From the NCBI GenBank assembly GCA_030018415.1, contig JASEGC010000001.1, positions 323,067 through 387,066 of the forward strand: a DNA stretch of 64,000 nt, given 5' to 3'. This DNA comes from Candidatus Aenigmatarchaeota archaeon. Its GTDB lineage: Archaea; Aenigmatarchaeota; Aenigmatarchaeia; CG10238-14. Numbering within the stretch: position 1 is the first letter of the stretch; every line of letters starts with the position of its first letter. The notes below the pieces were generated by a model. The model did no database searches, was not told the origin of the DNA, and worked only from the letters and a program-made list of their open reading frames with translations. A program made the translations under genes and the position numbers. This document shows positions 11,143-21,637 of this stretch, in pieces.

Positions 11143-12546
11143 ATGAGAATCCTTTTAGTAAATCCTCCAATGAAACAGGGAGAGATTTATTCCAAATATG
11201 CTAAAGGAGCACCTTGCTTTCCACCATTGGGTTTATGTTATATAGCTTCTATGCTAGAAAAAAATCATAATATCAAAATAATTGATGGGGTCACGGAAAA
11301 ATTAACTTTACAACAACTACGGAATGCTATACAAAAATTTGATCCTGATATTGTTGGTATTACCTCGACTACGGTCAGTTTTCTTAGGGCTGTAGATACA
11401 GCAAAAGTGGTAAAATCGGTTGATAAAGATATAATTGTCATATTGGGTGGTCCTCATGTAAGTGCAATTCCAAAAGAAACTTTTGAAAATTATAAATGTT
11501 TTGATATTGGTGTAGTTGGTGAGGGGGAATATACAATGTTAGATTTGTTGCAAGCAATCGAAAAACAACGTAAGCTTAAAACCATAAGGGGAATCGTATT
11601 TAGAAAAAACAGAAAAATAATTATTACACAAGGAAGAGAGTCGATCAAAAACTTGGATGAGTTGCCATTTCCAGCGAGACACTTACTCCCAAACTTTCCA
11701 GATGTATATAATCCACCACACTATGAAAAGAGATTACCAGTAGCACATATGATTACTAGTAGAGGTTGCCCTTATAGATGCATTTTCTGTACTCAAGCTG
11801 TATTTGGAAGAACTTGGCGTGGGAATTCTCCTAAGTATATGCTGCAAGAAGTAACTCATTTAATTGAGAAGTTTAAGATAAAAGATATATTATTTCAAGA
11901 TGATCTCTTTACATTTTCTCAATTAAGGGTTATGGAATTTTGTGATTTACTAATAAATGAAAATATAGATTTAACATGGAGTTGTTCTACCAGAGTTAAT
12001 CTCGTCAACAAATTATTACTAGAGAAGATGTACAAAGCTGGATGTAGGACGATCTATTATGGAATCGAATCTGGCGATCAAAACATTTTAAATTTTATGA
12101 ATAAAGGTATTACCTTGAAACATGTTATTAAGGTCATAAATTTGACTAAATTATCTGGAATAGAATCTTATGGTTCATTTATATTAGGTTTTCCAACAGA
12201 AACTCCAGAAACCATAGAGAAAACTATAGAATTTGCACTAAAACTTCCCCTAGATGCAGTAAGCTTTCATATAACCGTTCCTTACCCAGGCACAGTATTA
12301 AGTCAGATTGCCAATCAATATGGTACTACATGCAGACCAGATGATTGGAGTCGATATAGAGGACACCCAGATGATCTTGTTTTTATTGCACATGGCTTAA
12401 CTGATAAATTTCTAATTAAAAAACAAAAAGAGGCGTATAGAAGATTTTATTTTAGATTTCCAATGATTCTCAGAAAACTTAAAGAGATTGATAGTTTAGG
12501 AAAGGTCAAGTTATATATTAACGGATTTTTGTCACTCATTTCATAA
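11143..12546 (+). CDS. Cobalamin-binding radical SAM enzyme (class B rSAM, COG1032-like)
   Basis: N-terminal Rossmann-like B12-binding region, then 'SRGCPYRCIFCTQ' CX3CX2C radical SAM motif; 467 aa. Confidence 0.8.
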   Translation: MRILLVNPPMKQGEIYSKYAKGAPCFPPLGLCYIASMLEKNHNIKIIDGVTEKLTLQQLRNAIQKFDPDIVGITSTTVSFLRAVDTAKVVKSVDKDIIVILGGPHVSAIPKETFENYKCFDIGVVGEGEYTMLDLLQAIEKQRKLKTIRGIVFRKNRKIIITQGRESIKNLDELPFPARHLLPNFPDVYNPPHYEKRLPVAHMITSRGCPYRCIFCTQAVFGRTWRGNSPKYMLQEVTHLIEKFKIKDILFQDDLFTFSQLRVMEFCDLLINENIDLTWSCSTRVNLVNKLLLEKMYKAGCRTIYYGIESGDQNILNFMNKGITLKHVIKVINLTKLSGIESYGSFILGFPTETPETIEKTIEFALKLPLDAVSFHITVPYPGTVLSQIANQYGTTCRPDDWSRYRGHPDDLVFIAHGLTDKFLIKKQKEAYRRFYFRFPMILRKLKEIDSLGKVKLYINGFLSLIS

Positions 12547-12549
12547 TAT

Positions 12550-13350
12550 GTGATTTTAATGAGCAGCATTTTCAAGAAAACCGTTGAAAGTTTTGGGTAC
12601 GAATGGCAAAAATTTCCAATACTATATCCAGTATACGAAAGTGAGTTTTTAGAATGGATAAAACCGATCAAACAAGATTTCTTCAAAGATAAACTGGTTC
12701 TTGATGCTGGATGTGGAGGGGGTAGACATAGTTATTTTGCTGCAAAATACGGAACAAAAAAAGTTATAGCCATGGATATAAGCAAGGGCGCTATAAAAGC
12801 GGCCTATAAACTTCTTAAAAATTTTAAAAATGTTAATGTAATTTGTGGTAATATTTGTAATCCACCGTTCAAACAAAAGTTTGATTTTATATATTCCATT
12901 GGTGTGTTACATCACCTTCCAGACCCAGAAAAAGGATTTAAAAACTTGGTTAAATTATTAAAACCAAACGCTACGATTTTTATTTGGGTATATGGTAAAG
13001 AAAACAATTTCGTTTTTGTGAATATGATCGATCCTATAAGAAGGTACCTTACTTCAAGATTACCTCCTAACATACAATACATAATTAGTTTTTTCCTAGG
13101 TGGTTTACTACATCTCACCACAAAAATATACAATATACTTAAGTTCTTACCTTACAGAGACTACTTCTTAAGTATCTCTAGTCACCCATTCAAGTTTAAG
13201 CATTTGACTAGCTTTGATTTCATTTCTGCGCCATCAGTTAAGTTTGTACGGAAAAATGAAATAAGAAAATGGTTTGATGATGCCAATTTTAAAAACATTA
13301 GTATTTTATGGCGTAATCGAAATAGTTGGAAAGGAATTGGTACTAAATAA
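12550..13350 (+). CDS. Class I SAM-dependent methyltransferase
   Basis: 'LVLDAGCGGGRHSYFAAKYG' motif I; 'VLHHLPDPEKGFKNL'. Confidence 0.7.
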   Translation: MILMSSIFKKTVESFGYEWQKFPILYPVYESEFLEWIKPIKQDFFKDKLVLDAGCGGGRHSYFAAKYGTKKVIAMDISKGAIKAAYKLLKNFKNVNVICGNICNPPFKQKFDFIYSIGVLHHLPDPEKGFKNLVKLLKPNATIFIWVYGKENNFVFVNMIDPIRRYLTSRLPPNIQYIISFFLGGLLHLTTKIYNILKFLPYRDYFLSISSHPFKFKHLTSFDFISAPSVKFVRKNEIRKWFDDANFKNISILWRNRNSWKGIGTK

Positions 13351-13355
13351 AAAAG

Positions 13356-15275
13356 GTGTTAAAATTGTGTGGTATCTGTGGAATTGTGGGGTTTGATGAT
13401 AGAACCTTACTTAAAAGAATGTGTAATGTTATTTACCATCGTGGTCCAGACGATTCTGGAATCTTTTTGGATAGAAATATTTGTATGGGCGCTCAATCTT
13501 TGTTTCTAACAAGAAAGATACGTCAGCCAATACGTAACGAAGATGGGTCTTTATGGTTAGTATGCGATGGTACCATTTACAATTTTCAAGAGCTAGTGCG
13601 ATACCTTGAGAGTAGAGGTCATGAGTTTTATACAAACTCCGATATCGAAGTAATTGTGCACCTCTATGAAGAGTTTGGTAATTTTTGTGTCAAAAAAATC
13701 AGGGGAACCTTCGCTTTTGGTATTTGGGATGGAACAAAAAAGAAGCTTTTTTTGGCAAGGGACAGGATAGGAGTAAAGCCATTGTATTACGTAATAATAG
13801 GTAATAATTTTTTGTTCGCTTCAGAAATCAAGTCTCTGTTACAATACGATGAGATAAAGAGAGAAATTGATACGCGAGCACTTCATTATTTTCTAACTTT
13901 TCGTTATGTACCTGGACCTAGAACAATGTTTAAAGGAATTAAGAAATTACAACCTGGCCATAATTTAACTTATAAAAAAGGAAAAGTTAAGATCTCTAAA
14001 TATTGGGATTTGAGCTATTCTCCAATCAAAGAATCGGAAAAATATTACATAGAAAGATTACAAGAACTAATTAAAGAATCTATAGAAATTAGGTTGAGAA
14101 ATGTACCCATAGCTGTTTACTTATCTGGTGGTCTTGATTCTAGTTACGTTACTGGAGTTATAAGCAATTTGGTAGATGAGCCAATAAAAACTTTTAGCGT
14201 CGGCTTTGGAGTCGAAAGGTTCGATGAACTTAAATATGCTAAAGTAATTGCCAATCATTTTAATACAGATCATCATGAGTTTATTATTGAATCAGATGCC
14301 GCAAGGCTTCTTCCAGAAATAATATGGCGTTTTGATGAGCCAATAGCAGATCCAGCGGCGATACCAACGTATTTCATTTCGAAAGAGGCTAAAAATCATG
14401 CAAAGATAATTTTTGGAGCTGAGGGTGGTGATGAGTTGTTTGGTGGCTATGAGCATTGGAAGATTATGCTAATGAGCAGAAAATATTTGAAATTTGTTCC
14501 AAAGGAGGCAATTTTTTGGTTCGCTAATAAGTTACCAAAGTTCTTATTAGATAAATTTTTTATGTACAGTTCTGTTTTAGGGGAAGAAGGGATGAGAAGA
14601 TTTTCAGATTACTTGCTTTCTATGAGCAATATAGGGAAAAGTTATCTTTCAATAATTTCAATTTTTGACGAAAAAGAAAGGAACGAACTTTGTATAAATA
14701 AAACAGGTTTTAAGATAGCCAAAAATCTTAACGACAATTACTTTAAAAATATAGATTCAAACAATCTTTTAAATCACCTGAGTTTATTCGAAATAAAAAC
14801 ACAGATGCCAGACGACCTTGCTATGAAATGGGATAAAATGTTGATGACATTTTCCTTAGAACCAGAACTACCTCTTTTAGATCATAAGCTTATGGAATTT
14901 TCTGCAACAATACCATCTTCTTTTAAGATAAGAGGATTAACAGAAAAATATATATTTCGAAAATTGATGTCTTCCTTTATTCCAAAGGAAATAGTAAAGA
15001 GGAAGAAACAAAGGTTCTTTGTTCCTATAGATTCTTGGATTGAAAAAGATTTATGGGATATAATTTGCCAGATCTTTTCTGAGCAAAATGTTCGCAGTAG
15101 GGGGTACTTTAAATGGAACTATATTTCTCATATTTTCCAAAATTTTGGAAAGTCAAAGTTGTATTATAGTCGTCAACTCTGGAATTTGTTAACTTTCGAA
15201 TTATGGCATAGAATTTTTATAGACAGTGATAATTTACGTAGACCACAATCTATACTTAAAAGGGCATTATTATGA
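13356..15275 (+). CDS. Asparagine synthase (glutamine-hydrolysing)-family amidotransferase
   Basis: 'MCGICGIVGF' Ntn Cys2 start; 'SGGLDSS' PP-loop; 639 aa. Confidence 0.85.
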   Translation: MLKLCGICGIVGFDDRTLLKRMCNVIYHRGPDDSGIFLDRNICMGAQSLFLTRKIRQPIRNEDGSLWLVCDGTIYNFQELVRYLESRGHEFYTNSDIEVIVHLYEEFGNFCVKKIRGTFAFGIWDGTKKKLFLARDRIGVKPLYYVIIGNNFLFASEIKSLLQYDEIKREIDTRALHYFLTFRYVPGPRTMFKGIKKLQPGHNLTYKKGKVKISKYWDLSYSPIKESEKYYIERLQELIKESIEIRLRNVPIAVYLSGGLDSSYVTGVISNLVDEPIKTFSVGFGVERFDELKYAKVIANHFNTDHHEFIIESDAARLLPEIIWRFDEPIADPAAIPTYFISKEAKNHAKIIFGAEGGDELFGGYEHWKIMLMSRKYLKFVPKEAIFWFANKLPKFLLDKFFMYSSVLGEEGMRRFSDYLLSMSNIGKSYLSIISIFDEKERNELCINKTGFKIAKNLNDNYFKNIDSNNLLNHLSLFEIKTQMPDDLAMKWDKMLMTFSLEPELPLLDHKLMEFSATIPSSFKIRGLTEKYIFRKLMSSFIPKEIVKRKKQRFFVPIDSWIEKDLWDIICQIFSEQNVRSRGYFKWNYISHIFQNFGKSKLYYSRQLWNLLTFELWHRIFIDSDNLRRPQSILKRALL

Positions 15276-16882
15276 TAAGAGTACTTTTTTTCATGATATT
15301 ACTCATAGGACTATTATTTTTGTTCGTTACGTTTGCTGTTAATTTTTTCTATCTTAATAGATCGATTTTTTTCTTAGGTTTTATTGTTATACTCCTATTT
15401 ACTACTTGGTTTGTTGAAGGACTACCAAAAACTAAATTCCCCAAAATTAACAACAGAGTACTATATTTTCTGTTATTTTTGTTCATTCTCACATTTTTTC
15501 ATAGTACTTTAGTTAATGTTAGCATCAGTTCAGATTTTCATGGCGATTCATTACCATTTTCTGTATATCTTTTTGAACATGGAAAAATGCCAAGTTTTGA
15601 ATATTTTATAAATTATGATGGTGGTGCATTAGTTGCACATTCTTCTAACCCTTTCTGTACATTTTTTCCAACAGTTGGTCATTTTCTACTAGGAAAAATT
15701 AGTATGAAACCTTACTTATTTGCAGATTTCCTTATCTTCCTTTTAACAACTTTGCTTCTACTATTCTTCTTACGAGACTTAAAAGAAAACTATTTCTTAG
15801 GTATAATATTATTTTTTTCTGTTCCACAAGTAGTTTTTAATTCTTTCTGGTCTTCTTGTGATTCTTCTGTGATGTTGTTTGCTTTAGCCTCTTTTTATTC
15901 GTTCTTCCTTTATTCTAAAATCAAAAATAAAAAATTGTTAATAATTACCTCATTATTTCTAACATTTACAGCTATGTCAAGATATTGGGGAATAATCTTA
16001 CTTTTACCGTTTTTCATTTATTTTCTTTTTAATAAGAAGTGGAGACAAATGATTACAATTTTAATGATGCCTATAATTATAACCTCCCTTTGGTTACTTA
16101 GAAATTATCTGGAATATAAAAATCCGATATATCCTCTCTTTCCCAAAATTTTTGATGGAAAGATGGTCGAAGGTATGAAAGAATATCTTGAACCTAGAAC
16201 CCCGACACTTGAATTATATAAAATATGGACTATCGGCTCTTTCAAAAGGTTCTGGTTAACATTTCCACTACTATTTTTTTTCTCCACTTTTGCTTGGGAT
16301 CTCAAAGATCCTATAAAATTCATAGCATCAACATTTGTAGTTTTGTATATTTTTGCTTGGTTAGTACAGGGTTTACCATCTATTTTAGGAACCATATTTC
16401 CATTATTAAACGTAGGGCTTATGTATACTGGTTTAGGTTCAAAATATTTTGTGGTGATTATTCCTTTCTTGATTATTTTATCTATAAAAAAATTTGCAAA
16501 ATTTTACACAAAATTAAACAAGTATACGAAAACTCTTTTTCTTGTTTTAATTTTCTCAATTTCGTTTATCTTTCTAATAAGAGGGAAAGGAAACAGTATT
16601 GACAGTTCAATTTACTTATATCAGAATTTCAGTAAACCATATAAAGAATTGTGGGAAGCTTTGCTTAAAGTTGATATAGAACAACTTAAAACTTTTGAAG
16701 CGCTTTATTCTTCAAACTGCTCATTAATACTTACAGATGAAACGTCGAGGGCTAGAGATTTGTCACAGGTAATAAATTCTGGGAAAGAACTAAGATACAT
16801 TTCAACATGGTCTGAAGATGTAAAAACAAAAGAAAAAGCAGATTGTTTGTTAATAAATCACAGCTTTACAAAAATTAAGTAA
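15272..16882 (+). CDS. Polytopic membrane protein (putative GT-C glycosyltransferase or glycan polymerase)
   Basis: 536 aa, many TM segments, C-terminal soluble domain; function inferred only from context. Confidence 0.35.
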   Translation: MIRVLFFMILLIGLLFLFVTFAVNFFYLNRSIFFLGFIVILLFTTWFVEGLPKTKFPKINNRVLYFLLFLFILTFFHSTLVNVSISSDFHGDSLPFSVYLFEHGKMPSFEYFINYDGGALVAHSSNPFCTFFPTVGHFLLGKISMKPYLFADFLIFLLTTLLLLFFLRDLKENYFLGIILFFSVPQVVFNSFWSSCDSSVMLFALASFYSFFLYSKIKNKKLLIITSLFLTFTAMSRYWGIILLLPFFIYFLFNKKWRQMITILMMPIIITSLWLLRNYLEYKNPIYPLFPKIFDGKMVEGMKEYLEPRTPTLELYKIWTIGSFKRFWLTFPLLFFFSTFAWDLKDPIKFIASTFVVLYIFAWLVQGLPSILGTIFPLLNVGLMYTGLGSKYFVVIIPFLIILSIKKFAKFYTKLNKYTKTLFLVLIFSISFIFLIRGKGNSIDSSIYLYQNFSKPYKELWEALLKVDIEQLKTFEALYSSNCSLILTDETSRARDLSQVINSGKELRYISTWSEDVKTKEKADCLLINHSFTKIK

Positions 16883-16921
16883 CGCTGAAAGTTTTATTTT
16901 TACTGTATAAGATTAAATTAT

Positions 16922-18805
16922 TTGATTAAAGAAATTGAGTATATGGAAATTAGAAAACCACTTCTCATACTTATAGCAATAATTTCATTTTCTTTAGTTT
17001 CTTTTCTTAAACTTTTATCTGGCTTACCAAATGCCATCGATACAGGTGCGCATTTATTTCGTTTAATTTATCTCAAGAAGCACTTGCAAGAAGGTATAGT
17101 TCCTTTGTGGAACGTTGATTGGTATGCTGGTGCACCATTTCTTCTTCTCTATGCACCACTAGCTTATTATTTTTCATCCTTCTGGCCAATAGGCGATTAC
17201 ATTTTTCTCTATAAATTTTTGGAAGTACTATTTGAAACATTTCTCACAGTTTCGGTTTATTTCCTGTCAAAGACTGTTCTTAAGAAAAGAGAATTAGCTT
17301 TGCTTTCTACCTTCTTATTTGTCATCGTACCACAAAACATCTGGAATTTTTCAGTTGTCGACAGATTCCCAACACTATTAGAAGCATTTTTCTTTGTTAG
17401 CAGTTTAATGTTTTTTATAAAATTTCTTTCTTTTCAAAAAAGTAGAGATAAAATAATCTCTGGAATATTTTCTGGTTTGGTTTTTCTCACTCAAGGTTTC
17501 GGCTATCTCTTAATGCTAATTATTTTGGTATTCTTCAAAATTATTGCTTGGAAAAAATGTAAAGTAAAGGATTTGTTTGTAATTATTCTCATCTCCTTCT
17601 TAGTAGCTTCACCATGGCTAATTCTAAGTGCAGGTAGTTTCATTTACTATCTTCAAAATCCCTATGAAATGGTTTGGATGGTCAGAAAATTTATAGATGT
17701 ACCCAGAATGGGTGCTATCCTTTTTTCATTAGGTTTACCACTTGTAGCATGCTTATTCTTAAAATTTAACTTATTAAAAAGGCTAAGATACTCCATAGCG
17801 ATTTGTTTAATTCTATTATCTCTACTTGTGTTTTTCGTTCAAATACCCTTAAAGTACAATATTACTAAACCAATAATCTCTGCTATACTTATACTCACTG
17901 CAATAGTTGTGATTACTACAAATAGAAACATCTACAAGTTCAACGAACTTTTAAAGTACTTATTTTATTTAACAATCTTTCTAGTAATTTTATCATCCTC
18001 ACTATTTCTATATTCTTTCACCTTTTTATCCTTCTTAGACCCTTATAGAGTAGCTTTTTATGCTTCAATTCCATTAGCAATAATTTCTGCTTTCATTCTT
18101 CAAAAAAATAGAGTTGGACTGACTCTTTCTATAGTAGCAATTCTAGTAGTTTCTTTGACATTCCTTTCAACTCGATACACAAAAATGTTACACATAGATG
18201 AAAATCTCATTGCTACATTAAAAAATTCGCCAGAAGAAGGAAGGCTATTAATGATCGAGCCAGAATTATGGATGCATATAGTACCAGCTTTGACAAACAA
18301 GCCTTCTATAGATGGTTTTTCTCCTTTTGAGAGATTTTTACCATATTTTAGAAACTTAGGTTTTTCTAATAACTTTGGTCTTTGGTTCGAAGGCACAACT
18401 TTAGAACAAAAGCAAGAAGTTTATAATCAAATCTTTTTAAACGTTTCTAAGTTCGCTATAAAGTACATAATTATTGCTGACAATTCTCCAATTAAACTTT
18501 CAGAATACCTAGAGTTTGAGACGATATATAATCAAAACGGGTGGAAAATTTTGAAATTAAAGCAACCAATCAGTTTTATAGAAAATGGCACTCTAACTAA
18601 GATAAGTCCAAATGAATTACTAATCTATCCTCAAGGTGACACACTTCTTCTAAAACAAACCTATTTTCCAGGTTGGCAAACTAGCTGTGGAAAAATTAAA
18701 AAATCTGTAGATGGTTTAACTATAATTGAAAATAAAAACTGTGAAAAAATAGTCTTAAAGTATAATCCTTTATCAGCTTTACCACAGCTATCGTTTAAAT
18801 CTTAA
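16922..18805 (+). CDS. Polytopic membrane protein (putative GT-C glycosyltransferase)
   Basis: 627 aa; N-terminal 'HLFRLIYLKKHLQEGIVPLWNVDWYAGAPFLLLYAPLAYY' resembles ArnT/PMT-like families; C-terminal soluble domain. Confidence 0.4.
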   Translation: MIKEIEYMEIRKPLLILIAIISFSLVSFLKLLSGLPNAIDTGAHLFRLIYLKKHLQEGIVPLWNVDWYAGAPFLLLYAPLAYYFSSFWPIGDYIFLYKFLEVLFETFLTVSVYFLSKTVLKKRELALLSTFLFVIVPQNIWNFSVVDRFPTLLEAFFFVSSLMFFIKFLSFQKSRDKIISGIFSGLVFLTQGFGYLLMLIILVFFKIIAWKKCKVKDLFVIILISFLVASPWLILSAGSFIYYLQNPYEMVWMVRKFIDVPRMGAILFSLGLPLVACLFLKFNLLKRLRYSIAICLILLSLLVFFVQIPLKYNITKPIISAILILTAIVVITTNRNIYKFNELLKYLFYLTIFLVILSSSLFLYSFTFLSFLDPYRVAFYASIPLAIISAFILQKNRVGLTLSIVAILVVSLTFLSTRYTKMLHIDENLIATLKNSPEEGRLLMIEPELWMHIVPALTNKPSIDGFSPFERFLPYFRNLGFSNNFGLWFEGTTLEQKQEVYNQIFLNVSKFAIKYIIIADNSPIKLSEYLEFETIYNQNGWKILKLKQPISFIENGTLTKISPNELLIYPQGDTLLLKQTYFPGWQTSCGKIKKSVDGLTIIENKNCEKIVLKYNPLSALPQLSFKS

Positions 18806-18823
18806 AATTTAAATATTGATAGG

Positions 18824-19525
18824 ATGTACAAAGGATTAAAAGTTTCAGTAGTCATACCAGCTTATAACGAAGAAGAAAGTATTTTCAAAACTGTAAAAGA
18901 TTTTTCTCAGCCATGTGTAGATGAGATAATAGTTGTTGATAATAATTGTACGGATAAAACCCCAGAATTAGCAAGGAAAGCCGGTGCAAAGGTAATTAAG
19001 CAACCATTACAAGGTTATGGTTTTGCTATTAGGAAAGGTTTAGAAAAAGCTAAAGGGGATGTGATAATAATCACAGAAGCAGACCAAACTTTTATTGGTA
19101 AAGATGTTTACAAGCTTTTGGCCTATATAGAAGATGCCGACATGGTTTTGGGTACAAGAACTTGTTTACAACTAGTTTCTAAAGATGCAAATATGGGTAG
19201 ATTTTTCCTATGGGGCAACATTTTCATTGCCAAATTAATTCAATTTTTCTATGGAAATGTTCGCCTAACCGATGTTGGTTGTACGATGCGTGCAATAAGA
19301 AAAAAAGCTTTAAAGAAAATTATAAAAAAATTTTTAGTTGGTGGAAGTCATTTTTCACCAGAAATGATAATCGAGGCTTTAAAGGCAAATTTAAAAATTG
19401 TAGAAGTTCCTTTGAATTACAGAAAAAGGATTGGGATTGGGAAAATTACTTCTTCTGGAAAATGGCGAGCATTTAAAGTTGGGTTGAGGATGATTTGGTT
19501 GATTTTCCAAAAAAGATTTTCATAA
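18824..19525 (+). CDS. Glycosyltransferase family 2 (DPM1-like, soluble)
   Basis: 'KVSVVIPAYNEEESI...IIVVDNNCTDKT'. Confidence 0.75.
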   Translation: MYKGLKVSVVIPAYNEEESIFKTVKDFSQPCVDEIIVVDNNCTDKTPELARKAGAKVIKQPLQGYGFAIRKGLEKAKGDVIIITEADQTFIGKDVYKLLAYIEDADMVLGTRTCLQLVSKDANMGRFFLWGNIFIAKLIQFFYGNVRLTDVGCTMRAIRKKALKKIIKKFLVGGSHFSPEMIIEALKANLKIVEVPLNYRKRIGIGKITSSGKWRAFKVGLRMIWLIFQKRFS

Positions 19526-19538
19526 GAAGAATGATATT

Positions 19539-21053
19539 ATGTCTTCAATAAAAAGAATGGTTTCAAACACATTCTACTTATTTCTAAACTTATTCTCTTC
19601 CACACTTCTAAGCATACTTTACTTCATTATTGCAGGAAAATTACTTACACCTTCTGAATACGGCATAGCAAACTCAACCATCCAGTTCGTAGCTCTAATA
19701 ACTGCCTTTTCAACGATCGGGATGACGAACGCGACATTAAAATTAGTTTCAGAATATTTTGCGACGAAAAAAATGAAAAAACTCTATGGCTCTGTCAAAT
19801 ATTGTCTAAAATTTCTTCTCGTAGCGAATATACCAATATCAGTTTTTATCTTCATATTCTCTCCAACCCTAGCCACGTATATTTTTAAAGACCCAAATCT
19901 TGCCCCACCTTTTAGAATATCTGCGTTCATGATCATGGTTTTAACTCTGAGCTCGTACTTTGGTTCAGTCATATACGGACTAGGAAAAGTAAAAATTTAC
20001 TTTTTAACAGATTTTTTGGCAAATGCTACGAAAGTACTATTAGCTGTGATTTTGATAGTATTTCTCAAATTAGGGTTCTGGGGACCTATCATCGGTTATT
20101 TTCTCGGATTAACTTTCTCGACTGTCATGAGGTTTAAAAAAATGGGAATAGAGGATGATGGTGAACCGGATAAAAAAGTTATATGGCAATATGCGCTTCC
20201 TGCCCTAATAACAACAATTTTTGGGACAATACTGACCACAACGCCAGTACTAATCCTTTCTTCTTTTTCTTCGACTACTGAAGCAGGAGTTTTTTCTTTA
20301 GTTAACGCTCTCGCTTCTTTACTCATGTTCATGCCGAACGTTCTCTACACAGCAAGTTTTCCAATATTCTCGGGTATGCACGGGAAGAAAGATCGTTCGG
20401 GGATCGAGAAACTTCTGAATGTAACGTTCAAATATGCTATTCTCATTTCAGTTCCCATATCTTTGGTTTTTATAGTTTTCCCAGAGTTCATGATAAGGCT
20501 GGTTGCAAAGCCTGCTTACCTTCCCGGCGTTACAACGTTATCTGTTCTGGGTATGGTTGGTTTGTTCTGGGGTATAGGAAATATATTACTCAATGCTTTG
20601 TATGCATTAGGCAAACCAAAGATTAACAGGAACATCATGCTAGGAACTTCTATCATTTATCTGATACTCTCTGTTCCTCTATCTATACATTATGCTTCTC
20701 TCGGCATGGCAACAACTTACCTTATAGCCATTTCATTCCTGTTTTTTTCCTCATTCTTTTTCATAAGGAAATTTTACAGGTTACATCTAGATTACAAGTA
20801 TTTAATAAAAATTCTTTCTTCCTCCTTCATCGCTTTGATAATACTGATAACTCTGATGTCTGGAAGCGATTCTGTCTACATGTTTATAATCATTTCTTTA
20901 ATCAGTTTCGCTTTCTACATATTCTTACTCCTCATCTTGAAGACTTTTGATGTGAACGATTTGAAATTCTTGAATGAGTCGAAAAAGATGTCTCCAAAAA
21001 AACTTTTATTCATTTTTGAATTCCTGGAGAAGTTATTAAAGAAGTTTTTGTGA
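19539..21053 (+). CDS. Wzx-like oligosaccharide flippase (MOP superfamily polysaccharide biosynthesis protein)
   Basis: 504 aa with about 12-14 TM helices, typical flippase length and topology. Confidence 0.6.
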   Translation: MSSIKRMVSNTFYLFLNLFSSTLLSILYFIIAGKLLTPSEYGIANSTIQFVALITAFSTIGMTNATLKLVSEYFATKKMKKLYGSVKYCLKFLLVANIPISVFIFIFSPTLATYIFKDPNLAPPFRISAFMIMVLTLSSYFGSVIYGLGKVKIYFLTDFLANATKVLLAVILIVFLKLGFWGPIIGYFLGLTFSTVMRFKKMGIEDDGEPDKKVIWQYALPALITTIFGTILTTTPVLILSSFSSTTEAGVFSLVNALASLLMFMPNVLYTASFPIFSGMHGKKDRSGIEKLLNVTFKYAILISVPISLVFIVFPEFMIRLVAKPAYLPGVTTLSVLGMVGLFWGIGNILLNALYALGKPKINRNIMLGTSIIYLILSVPLSIHYASLGMATTYLIAISFLFFSSFFFIRKFYRLHLDYKYLIKILSSSFIALIILITLMSGSDSVYMFIIISLISFAFYIFLLLILKTFDVNDLKFLNESKKMSPKKLLFIFEFLEKLLKKFL

Positions 21054-21057
21054 TCGT

Positions 21058-21459
21058 GTGAAAAAACATGTTCACAGCAAAAAATACGAGAATTTTATCA
21101 AAGGTTTATTGTTGTCTCCGAGCGTTAACTTGGGATGCGGAAGTTTCAAGATAGCAGACGTGAACATAGATGTCGAGGGAACAGTTAGTCCAGATATAAT
21201 ATGGGACTTAAACAAATTTCCATATCCTTTCAGAGAGAAAGTGTACAAAAGTGTTTTGTTGCATCACTCGTTAGAGCACTTAGAGAATCCATATAAAGTT
21301 TTGAGTGAATGTGTTAGAATACTTCAGGACGACGGCAGGATAATAATCGTCGTTCCAAGTCCACAAAATCCAAGATACAGAATGGAAAACCATAAACAAT
21401 TTTTCACCAGGAATTCCCTTAAAAATTTAGTTTCAAAATATTTTTCGAATGTACCATAA
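21058..21459 (+). CDS. SAM-dependent methyltransferase (Methyltransf_11-like), C-terminus truncated by a tandem duplication
   Basis: 'LGCGSFKIADVNIDVEG...LLHHSLEHLENPYKVL...DDGRIIIVVPS'; the stop lies at the junction of the 64-bp duplication. Confidence 0.6.
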   Translation: MKKHVHSKKYENFIKGLLLSPSVNLGCGSFKIADVNIDVEGTVSPDIIWDLNKFPYPFREKVYKSVLLHHSLEHLENPYKVLSECVRILQDDGRIIIVVPSPQNPRYRMENHKQFFTRNSLKNLVSKYFSNVP

Positions 21460-21516
21460 ACAATTTTTCACCAGGAATTCCCTTAAAAATTTAGTTTCAA
21501 AATATTTTTCGAATGT
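21389..21516. repeat. Perfect 64-bp tandem duplication (2 copies)
   Basis: Copy 1 at 21389-21452 and copy 2 at 21453-21516 are identical ('accataaacaatttttcaccaggaattcccttaaaaatttagtttcaaaatatttttcgaatgt'). Confidence 0.9.
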
Positions 21517-21637
21517 AAGAGTTTTTGGTTACAGAGGAGACACAAAAAATTTTCCAATAATAATCTGTAAACTCTTAGGAATATTCGTGCCAAATCAATT
21601 TATATGTATCGCTTCAAAAACTTGATAAAGTGATGAA

